A DNA stretch of 64,000 nucleotides from an uncultured Candidatus Hydrogenedens sp. (GTDB lineage: Bacteria; Desulfobacterota_D; UBA1144): contig CACLTT010000003.1 in the NCBI GenBank assembly GCA_902609885.1, forward strand, positions 8,809 to 72,808, read 5' to 3'. The position numbers and the translations under genes were made by a program. Below the pieces are notes generated by a model that searched no databases, was not told the origin of the DNA, and worked only from the letters and a program-made list of their open reading frames with translations. This document shows, piece after piece, positions 37,571-46,116 of this stretch (position 1 is its first letter; each line of letters starts with the position of its first letter).

Positions 37571-38887
37571 ATGAGAAAGCTTATTATTTTTAGTTTATTA
37601 TTTTTTACTTTTTTTTCATTTATGAACTTAAACTCATATGCTTCAGAAATTGGAAATAAAGGCACAGAGGAATTTGAAAAAAAGAATCTCTCTGAATTGA
37701 TTAATAACCTATATAAATCAACAGGAGTTCATGAGTTTTTCAATCCCGTAGAAGGTAAGCTTGATGCGGATAAGAAAAGCGCTATGTCTCTTTTTAATCA
37801 AACATGGGGTAGAGCAATTATGATCATAATTGCTTTCTGTCTTTTTTACTTAGCTATTGCTAAAAATTTTGAACCACTTCTTTTGATACCTATTGGTTTT
37901 GGTGGCTTATTAGCTAACATTCCAATTGCAGAGATTGCAGGACCAAATGGTTTTGTTGGAATTTTATATACAATGGGAGTTGAAACAGGTCTTTTTCCAA
38001 TATTAATTTTTATGGGTGTTGGAGCTATGACAGACTTTGGTCCACTAATAGCAAACCCTAAAACTGCATTATTAGGAGCTGCTGCACAATTTGGTATTTT
38101 TGGGACTCTAGTTGGTGCTGTATTTCTTACACAAAATACTGATATTATTAATTTCTCTCTTCAGGATTCAGCCGCAATAAGCATTATAGGTGGTGCGGAT
38201 GGGCCCACAGCAATATTTATAGCTTCAAGATTAGCTCCTGATCTACTTGGTGCTATAGCAGTGGCAGCATATTCGTATATGGCCTTAGTTCCAATAATTC
38301 AGCCACCAATAATGAAAGCTTTAACAACTGAAAAGGAAAGGCAAATAAAAATGGTTCAATTAAGAAATGTAAAAAAAGTAGAGAAAATAATTTTTCCACT
38401 TACTGTATTGTTTTTGTGCATATTAGCTCTTCCTGATGCAACTCCATTAGTTGGAGCACTTTGTTTCGGCAATTTTGTAAAAGAATCAGGTGTTGTTGAA
38501 AGATTGTCAGAAACACTGCAAAATTCTTTAATAAATATTGTAACTATATTCCTTGGTTTAGCAGTTGGCTCTAAACTAGCAGCTGATAAGTTTTTAGTAC
38601 CTGAGACACTTGGGATAATTTTTTTAGGACTTGCTGCTTTTTCTGTTGGAACGATCACGGGTCTTTTAATGGCTAAATTAATGAACAAATTATCAAAAGA
38701 TCCGATAAATCCTTTGATTGGGTCCGCAGGTGTATCAGCTGTTCCTATGGCTGCTCGTGTATCAAATAGAGTTGGTATGGATTCAAATCCTTCAAATGTA
38801 TTACTTATGCATGCAATGGGTCCCAATGTTGCTGGTGTAATTGGTTCCGCTGTTGCCGCAGGGGTCTTAATTTCAATTTTTGGTTAA
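37571..38887 (+). CDS. oadB: Na+-translocating decarboxylase beta subunit
   Basis: [29 protein letters not shown]. Confidence 0.92.
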   Translation: MRKLIIFSLLFFTFFSFMNLNSYASEIGNKGTEEFEKKNLSELINNLYKSTGVHEFFNPVEGKLDADKKSAMSLFNQTWGRAIMIIIAFCLFYLAIAKNFEPLLLIPIGFGGLLANIPIAEIAGPNGFVGILYTMGVETGLFPILIFMGVGAMTDFGPLIANPKTALLGAAAQFGIFGTLVGAVFLTQNTDIINFSLQDSAAISIIGGADGPTAIFIASRLAPDLLGAIAVAAYSYMALVPIIQPPIMKALTTEKERQIKMVQLRNVKKVEKIIFPLTVLFLCILALPDATPLVGALCFGNFVKESGVVERLSETLQNSLINIVTIFLGLAVGSKLAADKFLVPETLGIIFLGLAAFSVGTITGLLMAKLMNKLSKDPINPLIGSAGVSAVPMAARVSNRVGMDSNPSNVLLMHAMGPNVAGVIGSAVAAGVLISIFG

Positions 38888-39367
38888 ATGGATTTAGTTT
38901 TTGATATAGAAACGAATGGTTTTGTTAAGGATATGACAACTATTCATTGTATAGTAACTCAAGACTTATCTAATAGTAATGTCTCATCTTATCATGGAGA
39001 TAAAATAGTAGATGGTATTAAAAAATTAGAATCTGCTAATGCAATAATTGGCCATAACATAATTGGTTTTGACATACCTGCTATTAATAAGCTATATGAA
39101 TTTAATCCACAAGGTAGGATACTCGATACCTTAGTTTATGTTAGAAAATTATGGCCAGATATTAAAGTATCTGACTTAAATAATCCTAATATTCCTGAAA
39201 GTTTAAAAGGTAGGCACTCTTTGGATGCATGGGGGCATAGATTAGGTGAAAATAAAGGTAGTTACGATAAAGGTTGGGATATTTATACTGAAGAAATGCT
39301 AAAATATTGCATACAAGATGTGAAAGTGACTAGCATTTTGTGGAAGCTAATAAGTTCAAAATTATAA
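38888..39367 (+). CDS. Stand-alone 3'-5' exonuclease domain of T7-like family A DNA polymerase
   Basis: ExoI FDIETNG, ExoII GHNIIGFD, DTLV, HSLDAWGHRLG, ExoIII YCIQDV; no polymerase domain. Confidence 0.75.
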   Translation: MDLVFDIETNGFVKDMTTIHCIVTQDLSNSNVSSYHGDKIVDGIKKLESANAIIGHNIIGFDIPAINKLYEFNPQGRILDTLVYVRKLWPDIKVSDLNNPNIPESLKGRHSLDAWGHRLGENKGSYDKGWDIYTEEMLKYCIQDVKVTSILWKLISSKL

Positions 39368-39886
39368 TTTTTTATTTTTTTTTAATATCTTAGATAATAA
39401 GGGTGTCCAAGCAATAATCAAAGGAACCGGTCTTCTAATATAAAAAACAATTATTAGTAGGATAATATTTGTAAACCAAACTTCTGGTTGACCCCACGAA
39501 AACCCATCAAATTTATAATCAGATAATGGCCAAAAAATTTTTGTCCCAAAAAAATCTCTAGAATGGGATACAGAATCTAAAATTGTATGAAAAGGCCATG
39601 CTAAAGCGGCAAAAGATAAATATTTTTTTTTACAAAAAAATAGCACCAAAACTAAAAGAATTCCTGTTATTAAACTATGAGAAAAATCATAAATTAAAAA
39701 AACCCAATCAGGAATAGAAGATATTGAAGGTTTGCCGTATGAAAAATTACCATTAATTAATTTATAGAATAAGTTCGGAATAAAAGGAAGGAGATCTGGT
39801 GCCGCACCAAATACTAAAGGAAGATAAAGATATTTTTTATAACCAAATAAAGCTTTACCCCAAAGGGCATGACTGAAAGTATCCAA
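39362..39886 (-). CDS. Membrane-bound metal-dependent hydrolase (YdjM-like)
   Basis: MDTFSH, PD, SHS, H..LD, FWP. Confidence 0.65.
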   Translation of the reverse strand: MDTFSHALWGKALFGYKKYLYLPLVFGAAPDLLPFIPNLFYKLINGNFSYGKPSISSIPDWVFLIYDFSHSLITGILLVLVLFFCKKKYLSFAALAWPFHTILDSVSHSRDFFGTKIFWPLSDYKFDGFSWGQPEVWFTNIILLIIVFYIRRPVPLIIAWTPLLSKILKKNKKL

Positions 39887-39892
39887 AAAAAA

Positions 39893-40738
39893 TTAATCCT
39901 TATTTTTAAGTAAATTTAGCAAATCAGAATCGATTGGTAAAAAAATTATAGATTTACCATCAATGATTTTATCATAAGCATCTAACTTTCTAAAAAATTC
40001 ATAAAAACTAGGATCTTTAGAATACGAATCTGAATAAATTTTTGTAGCTACCTTATCGCCCTCACCTTTAATTTCTTCACTTGTAGCATATGCATCAGCT
40101 AAAATTATCTCTCGTTCTTTATCAGTTTGTGCACGAATTTTAGCAGACTCCTCTTCACCCTCAGATCTATATCTTTTTGAAATTCTAGATCTTTCAGCAA
40201 TCATTCTATCAAAAACACTTCTTTGAACCTCGCTAGGCAAATCAGCTCTTTTAATCCTTACATCAATTAATTCCATTCCAAAATCTTTGAGTCTTTCTGT
40301 ACTGCCAATTTTTACTTCATCCATAATTAATTCACGATTTTCAGCTATAACTTCATTAATATTATGCGTTGCTAACTCTTCTCTCATTTCAGAGAAAACA
40401 ATATCTTCAATCCTTGAATTTGCACTAAAAAGGTTATTGACAGATTTAAAGAAAACTAAAGGATCAACAATTTTCCATCTAGCTATAAAATCAACGACTA
40501 ATCTTTTTTTATCTAATGTTAAATATTCGCCAGGAGGGGCATCAGTTGATAAAATTCTATTATCGAACTTTGTTACCTTCTCAATAAAAGGCTTTTTGAA
40601 ACTTAATCCAGGCTTACTAATTGTTCTTTTAAATTCACCAAGCTCCGTAACAATTGCCTGTTGAGTTTCATCAACAACAAATAAAAAAGTTGGAGATAAT
40701 ACAAAGATCAAAAGCAATATGGGTAAAAACTTTTTCAT
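39893..40738 (-). CDS. hflC: FtsH modulator HflC
   Basis: SPFH domain, LTLDKK, DVRIKRADLP, RMIAER. Confidence 0.9.
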   Translation of the reverse strand: MKKFLPILLLIFVLSPTFLFVVDETQQAIVTELGEFKRTISKPGLSFKKPFIEKVTKFDNRILSTDAPPGEYLTLDKKRLVVDFIARWKIVDPLVFFKSVNNLFSANSRIEDIVFSEMREELATHNINEVIAENRELIMDEVKIGSTERLKDFGMELIDVRIKRADLPSEVQRSVFDRMIAERSRISKRYRSEGEEESAKIRAQTDKEREIILADAYATSEEIKGEGDKVATKIYSDSYSKDPSFYEFFRKLDAYDKIIDGKSIIFLPIDSDLLNLLKNKD

Positions 40739-40739
40739 A

Positions 40740-41747
40740 CTAATCCTTGAAAACCTCATTTAATTGCAATAGGTTTAGTGAACCACTTGCTGAATCCGTT
40801 CCAATAACTTTCTTAGGTCTCTGTAGAATTGATTCCATTTTTTCTAAATAAATTCTAGTTTTGGTAGTTTCTTTATCTTTTCTATATTCTGAATATATTT
40901 GATTAAACCTGGCAACATCACCTTCGGCTTTGGAAATTCTTTGCTCACGATAAGCTTCAGATTGCCTTATCATTTTCTCAGCTTCTCCTCTAGCCTTAGG
41001 AATAACATCTTCAAAATACCCTTTAGCGTTGTTAATCAATTTCTCTTTATCTTCTTTAGCTCTAACAACTTCATTAAAAGCGTCTTTAACTTCTTCAGGA
41101 GGATCAACTATCTGAAGTTTTACATCGGTTATTGCAACTCCCGAGGAATAAGAATCTAAAAGTTTTTGAAGAAAGGCTCTTGTATTAGACTGAATAAGAT
41201 CTCTTCCAGTGGTCAGAGCGTCGTCTATGTTTGTTACACCCATAGAACTTCTTAAAGCTACCTCTGCAGTACTTTTAATTGTAGATTCAACGTTCCACAC
41301 TTTAAACAAATAATTACCAGGGTCCTTAATTTTCCATTGAATAATTGCTTGAGCATCAACAATATTTTCATCTTTGGTAATCATTAAAGATTCTTGGACA
41401 ACACTAATTCTAGATCTGTCAGATCTAAAACCAATTTCAATTCTACGGACTTTTTCTACATCAACAACAGTCAATTTATCGACTACTGGAATTTTTAAAT
41501 GCAAACCAGGATCAGAATAGCTTGATAATTTACCAAATCTTTGAATTACTCCAACTTCCCCGGGGTCTATAGTATAAAAACTGCTGTAAATTGCAAAGAT
41601 TGCGAGAATAACAGGTATGACAATAAAAAGTTTTTTAAAACTATCTTTTGAATCAGGATCTATAGAGATAGGATCAGTTCCACCGTTAGAACCTCTTTTG
41701 TCTAAATTATTTAAAAAATCTATGATTTTTTTAATTAGATTAAACAC
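40740..41747 (-). CDS. hflK: FtsH modulator HflK
   Basis: MITKDENIV, PPEEVKDAFNEV, IPKARGEA; probable GTG start at 41747. Confidence 0.9.
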   Translation of the reverse strand: MFNLIKKIIDFLNNLDKRGSNGGTDPISIDPDSKDSFKKLFIVIPVILAIFAIYSSFYTIDPGEVGVIQRFGKLSSYSDPGLHLKIPVVDKLTVVDVEKVRRIEIGFRSDRSRISVVQESLMITKDENIVDAQAIIQWKIKDPGNYLFKVWNVESTIKSTAEVALRSSMGVTNIDDALTTGRDLIQSNTRAFLQKLLDSYSSGVAITDVKLQIVDPPEEVKDAFNEVVRAKEDKEKLINNAKGYFEDVIPKARGEAEKMIRQSEAYREQRISKAEGDVARFNQIYSEYRKDKETTKTRIYLEKMESILQRPKKVIGTDSASGSLNLLQLNEVFKD

Positions 41748-41782
41748 AAAGTAATAGTAACTAATTAAACATTTATCACAAG

Positions 41783-42958
41783 CTAGCAATATCTATTTAC
41801 AATTTTAGTTATTACTAAATCTCCTGTAACATTAAGTGCTGTTCTAAACATATCTAACAATCTATCAACACCCACTATTAATGAAATCGCTTCTATAGGT
41901 ATACCCACTGAGGTAAATACAACAGTCATCATAACTAATGCTACTGATGGTACACCTGCAGCCCCTATGCTTCCAATAGTTGCTGTAATTAAGATCAGTA
42001 GATATTCATCAAATGATAAACTGAGACCTATAAGGCTAGAGACAAAAACTGCAGAAAGTCCCAAGTATATTGCTGATCCATCCATGTTTACAGTTGCACC
42101 TATTGGAATCACAAAATTACTAATTTTATTATCTATTTTAAGATTTTTCTCAGCAGTTTTTAGAGTAAGAGGTATAGTTGCGGAACTACTTGATGATACA
42201 AATGCAAAAAAAATTGTATTCTTTATATTTTTAAAAAATTTATAAAAATTTTCTTTTAGTAAAAGTTGTATAATGGATCCATAAAATAATAAAAAATATG
42301 ATATAAATATTGCAATCGCAACTAAGGTAAATTTTAATAAAAGAAACAAAATATCATAATCTATTGAAACTAATAAATTTCCAAATAATGAAAAAATTGC
42401 AAATGGGGCAAGCCACATAAAATAAAGAATTGAAGAGAGAACAAAATTATTTAATTTTCTTAAAATATTAATTATTGTAAAATTTTTTATAATTTTTATA
42501 ATAATTCCAAAGAATATAGCCAAAATCATAATTGCTAAAGGGTTTCTATCGAGTATTAAAGATGGAAATTCTAATAAATCAAAGCCCAAGGGCTTGATTG
42601 AATCCTTAACATTTAGCCTCTCATAATTATTAAAATTTAATTCAGATATTAACGCTTCATTAATTGGAAAATTGATTTGGGTCGAAATAGTTAAGGAAAA
42701 AGAAATTGAAATAATGGTTGATATTACATATAGAATAAGTGTTAAAGGAATCATTTTCTTGAGATTAGTATTGGTGTCAAAAGATGCTATTGAATATGAT
42801 ATAGAAATAAAAATTATAAAAGGTACGAATAACTTCAAAATTGATATAAACAAATCCCCGATAACTTTGGAAGAAATTACAATTTCAGGGACTAAAAATG
42901 ATGAAGGAATAGCGAGTAGAAAACCTAGAAGCATCAATAATGATATTTTTTTTTCCAT
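41783..42958 (-). CDS. Dicarboxylate/amino acid:cation symporter (DAACS)
   Basis: SSSSATIP, PIGATVNMDG, DRLLDMFRT..NVTGD. Confidence 0.9.
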   Translation of the reverse strand: MEKKISLLMLLGFLLAIPSSFLVPEIVISSKVIGDLFISILKLFVPFIIFISISYSIASFDTNTNLKKMIPLTLILYVISTIISISFSLTISTQINFPINEALISELNFNNYERLNVKDSIKPLGFDLLEFPSLILDRNPLAIMILAIFFGIIIKIIKNFTIINILRKLNNFVLSSILYFMWLAPFAIFSLFGNLLVSIDYDILFLLLKFTLVAIAIFISYFLLFYGSIIQLLLKENFYKFFKNIKNTIFFAFVSSSSSATIPLTLKTAEKNLKIDNKISNFVIPIGATVNMDGSAIYLGLSAVFVSSLIGLSLSFDEYLLILITATIGSIGAAGVPSVALVMMTVVFTSVGIPIEAISLIVGVDRLLDMFRTALNVTGDLVITKIVNRYC

Positions 42959-43326
42959 TACCCCAGATCAACCGAAAATTTTTTTAGAATATCTAAAGGT
43001 ATTATTTTAAGGACTTTATGATTTGTAGACAATATATAAACTTTTGGAGCACAATTACTTTCATATGCCTCTAACCATCTATATGCACAAACACACCATT
43101 TATCGCCAGGCTTAAGTCCAGGAAAATCAAAATCTGGCAATGGTGTGATAAGGTCATTGCCGGCGCTTTTAGAAAACTCTAAAAACTCTTGGGTTACTTC
43201 AATACAAACTAAATGTAAACCCTTATCTTCATCACCGGTATTACAAAAACCATCTCTATAAAAACCTGTCATGGGAGAAGTGCAACAAAGTTCAATATTT
43301 TGATTTAAAGCATTTTTTTGAGACAT
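42958..43326 (-). CDS. DUF2237 family protein
   Basis: PMTGFYRDGFC, GNDL.TP, GLKPGDKWCVCA.RW. Confidence 0.85.
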   Translation of the reverse strand: MSQKNALNQNIELCCTSPMTGFYRDGFCNTGDEDKGLHLVCIEVTQEFLEFSKSAGNDLITPLPDFDFPGLKPGDKWCVCAYRWLEAYESNCAPKVYILSTNHKVLKIIPLDILKKFSVDLG

Positions 43327-43328
43327 TA

Positions 43329-43988
43329 TTATTCACTATACCCTTTTTTTAAATTTTTTAATAAGTCAACTGATTCTTCAATTTTAGATGCAATTTTGCT
43401 AGATAATTCATCAGATTGAATAAAATATAAATGCCATCTAGGAAATATTAAGCGCATTTTAAAAGCTATATCTCCATCAGGAGTTATAATTTTTGCTTCA
43501 AAGTTTTTAAAACTTGAAAATTTAAAAGTTTCTAAAGAATAGCCTTCAATATTAAATAGTTTTTTTTCACTTTTAACATTATCTTTTTTAGCAATTTGAT
43601 TATTTTTACTTTTATTATCTCTATTTTTTTTTCTTTCTGTAAGCTCTACAAGTTTTATAATACCATCTGGAGTAATAATTTTATCAACTGCAATATCTAG
43701 AGCAGTCCCACCAAAGACCTTTTCCCCAACTCTTTTAATATCTTCAAAGATACCATCGATTGGATTATCAATATTTTTTTTTCTCTCTTTAGCTCTCTTT
43801 TTTAAAAATCTTCTTACATCTTTTTTAACATTTTTTTGAAGTTCATCCCAAAGAATATATCCATTAAGAACCTCTTTGTCTTTTTCTTTGATGCCTATTC
43901 CAATTTTATAAAGACTATAAGCTGGAGATATAAACAATAAGCTTGATATTAAAATTACAGTCCATAGAAAAAATTTCATATATTTCAA
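43329..43988 (-). CDS. DUF2939-like membrane-anchored protein
   Basis: SPAYSL after TM segment, ITPDG, C-terminal W-x-L. Confidence 0.5.
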   Translation of the reverse strand: MKYMKFFLWTVILISSLLFISPAYSLYKIGIGIKEKDKEVLNGYILWDELQKNVKKDVRRFLKKRAKERKKNIDNPIDGIFEDIKRVGEKVFGGTALDIAVDKIITPDGIIKLVELTERKKNRDNKSKNNQIAKKDNVKSEKKLFNIEGYSLETFKFSSFKNFEAKIITPDGDIAFKMRLIFPRWHLYFIQSDELSSKIASKIEESVDLLKNLKKGYSE

Positions 43989-44035
43989 CTATAATACAAT
44001 TTATTTTTAAAAAAATAGAATATCTTAAAAATATC

Positions 44036-44809
44036 TTAATCAAATAGGTCTAGATTTTGTCCATAATTAAGTGCTCTATATGAAATTTGCCTATCTTCAA
44101 AATATGAACAATGATCACAGCTTCGAGTACCCTCTGGCATATTTTGATTGTTTAAAGTTGAAGCTAATTCTTTAATTTTGTTTGGTATCCAATCTATATG
44201 ATATTCATACTTAATAAGTTGCAAGTTGAATTTTAAATTTTTTTCAAAAAGTCCATCTTTTATTGCATTGGCATAAAGAAAGAAGCCATAAGGTTCGAGT
44301 TCTAGACCATTCTTAATCAATAAAAAGCTATAAAAGTCAATTTGGCGTTTATATGCTGGCCACCAACCGCTATTTGAAATACTTATCCTTCCCTCTTTAG
44401 AAGTAGCTTTATAATCAACTACAATTAATTTTCCAGTATCTAGATTAATCCACAGGTCATCAATCGCACCTGTAAAAACTAAATCTAATTCTTTATCAGT
44501 ATATGATATTCCCTTAAAATTCTCTCTCCATTCTTTTAAATTAGGATGGGAGAAAGGTATTATATTAAGATTGTTTTTAATAAATATTGGGTGTTTTTTT
44601 TTATTAGAACGATAATAATCAAATTCATTTTTAAGTAAATTATCGACAGCATTATTTAGTGTAAAGCTAGGCGGCTGTATCATACCAAGACCTTTCACCC
44701 TATCAAGCCAAAAACATCTTTTACACTTTATATATAAATCTACTTTTGATCTACTAATTCTGAAATTTTTTGTAATACCTTTAGTGTAAATATTTTTTTT
44801 TCTAATCAT
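44036..44809 (-). CDS. PD-(D/E)XK nuclease (Cas4-like fold)
   Basis: SRSK, CKRCF, GAIDD, VVDYKAT, Q..FY, CDHC. Confidence 0.8.
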   Translation of the reverse strand: MIRKKNIYTKGITKNFRISRSKVDLYIKCKRCFWLDRVKGLGMIQPPSFTLNNAVDNLLKNEFDYYRSNKKKHPIFIKNNLNIIPFSHPNLKEWRENFKGISYTDKELDLVFTGAIDDLWINLDTGKLIVVDYKATSKEGRISISNSGWWPAYKRQIDFYSFLLIKNGLELEPYGFFLYANAIKDGLFEKNLKFNLQLIKYEYHIDWIPNKIKELASTLNNQNMPEGTRSCDHCSYFEDRQISYRALNYGQNLDLFD

Positions 44810-44814
44810 ATTTG

Positions 44815-46092
44815 TTATTTTACGAATATAAGGCGGGTTCCTTTATCTTGATTGAAATAATTTAAAGCCCACTTAATTAACACAGAGACTTTGTTGTCAA
44901 AACCTATTAAAAAACAAATATGAACAAATAACCATAAAAGCCATGCAACAAAACCCTGAGCTTTATAAAATCCGAGATCTGCAACTGCCCTATTTCTTCC
45001 AATAACTGCAAGATTTCCTTTGTCTTTATATTCAAATTCTTTAAAAGAATCATTACCATTAACTCGATTTTTAATAAGTTTTGCAACATATTCTCCAGCT
45101 TGCATAGCTGCTGGTGCAACTCCGGGTATAAATTCATTTTTTGAGTCTTGAAATCTTGCCAAATCACCAATTACAAAAATATTATTATAATTCGGAATGG
45201 AAAAATCTTTTTTAACAAGAACTCTTCCAACTCTATCTACTTGAGCGTCAGCGGCCTCCGATAAAATCATTCCCCAAGCAGATGCTTTAACACCTGCACC
45301 CCAAAGAGTTGTTTTTGTTTCAATAACTTGCTTTTCCTTGTTCTTTTCAAATGCTACTGTATCAGAAGTGATTTCTATCACTCTGGAATCAGTCAGAACT
45401 TTTATTCCCATTCTTTCTAAATATTTTTTTGTAATCTGAGACAATTTATTATCAAATGTAGGTAGGACATTAGGTAACGCTTCAATTAAATATATTTCAC
45501 ACTCTTTTTTTGTATTAATATTATGAAAATGTCCATCTAATGTTTTGAAAGCTAGATCTGCAAGCGCTCCGGCAAGCTCTACTCCAGTTGGTCCTCCACC
45601 AATAATAACAAAAGTTAATAATTGCTTTCTTCTAAGAGGGTCAGTTTCATTTTCTGCCTGTTCGAAGGCCGTAAAAATTTTCCTTCTCATTTCAAATGCA
45701 TCTTCAACTGATTTTAAACCTGGCGCATGCTTCTCCCATTCATCATTACCAAAATAATGATGACTAACTCCAGTCGCAACAATTAGATCGTCATATCTGA
45801 TTCTTGCATGATTTCTTGTTTGGACATATCTATTGTAAGGATCTATTCCGTTAGCAATATCAAGTCTTACTGTAATATTTTTTTTATCGCCAAAAATAGA
45901 TCTAATTGGAGCACTGATATCAGGTGCGGATATAGTTCCAGTTGCAACCTGATAAAGTAAAGGTTGAAAGAGGTGAAAATTTCTACGATCTATAAGAGTT
46001 ACATCAATATTACTATTAATAAACTGTTTGACTGCATATAAACCACCAAATCCGGCTCCTATAACAACAACATGATGTTTTTTAGTATTCAC
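44815..46092 (-). CDS. ndh: Type II NADH:quinone oxidoreductase
   Basis: GAGFGG, HLFQPLLYQVATG, GGGPTGVELAG, WGAGV. Confidence 0.9.
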   Translation of the reverse strand: MNTKKHHVVVIGAGFGGLYAVKQFINSNIDVTLIDRRNFHLFQPLLYQVATGTISAPDISAPIRSIFGDKKNITVRLDIANGIDPYNRYVQTRNHARIRYDDLIVATGVSHHYFGNDEWEKHAPGLKSVEDAFEMRRKIFTAFEQAENETDPLRRKQLLTFVIIGGGPTGVELAGALADLAFKTLDGHFHNINTKKECEIYLIEALPNVLPTFDNKLSQITKKYLERMGIKVLTDSRVIEITSDTVAFEKNKEKQVIETKTTLWGAGVKASAWGMILSEAADAQVDRVGRVLVKKDFSIPNYNNIFVIGDLARFQDSKNEFIPGVAPAAMQAGEYVAKLIKNRVNGNDSFKEFEYKDKGNLAVIGRNRAVADLGFYKAQGFVAWLLWLFVHICFLIGFDNKVSVLIKWALNYFNQDKGTRLIFVK

Positions 46093-46116
46093 TTAAAAAT
46101 ATTATAACTTAAAAAT

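Noticed and set aside
38356-38826. 156-aa antisense ORF and similar shadow ORFs (e.g. 23753-24121, 25041-25442, 30101-30484, 40287-40664)
   Set aside because: They lie fully opposite or within well-supported genes and show no motifs or initiation signals.
38888-44809. Prophage or mobile element around the phage-like exonuclease and PD-(D/E)XK nuclease
   Set aside because: No integrase, structural genes or att repeats; intervening genes are housekeeping.
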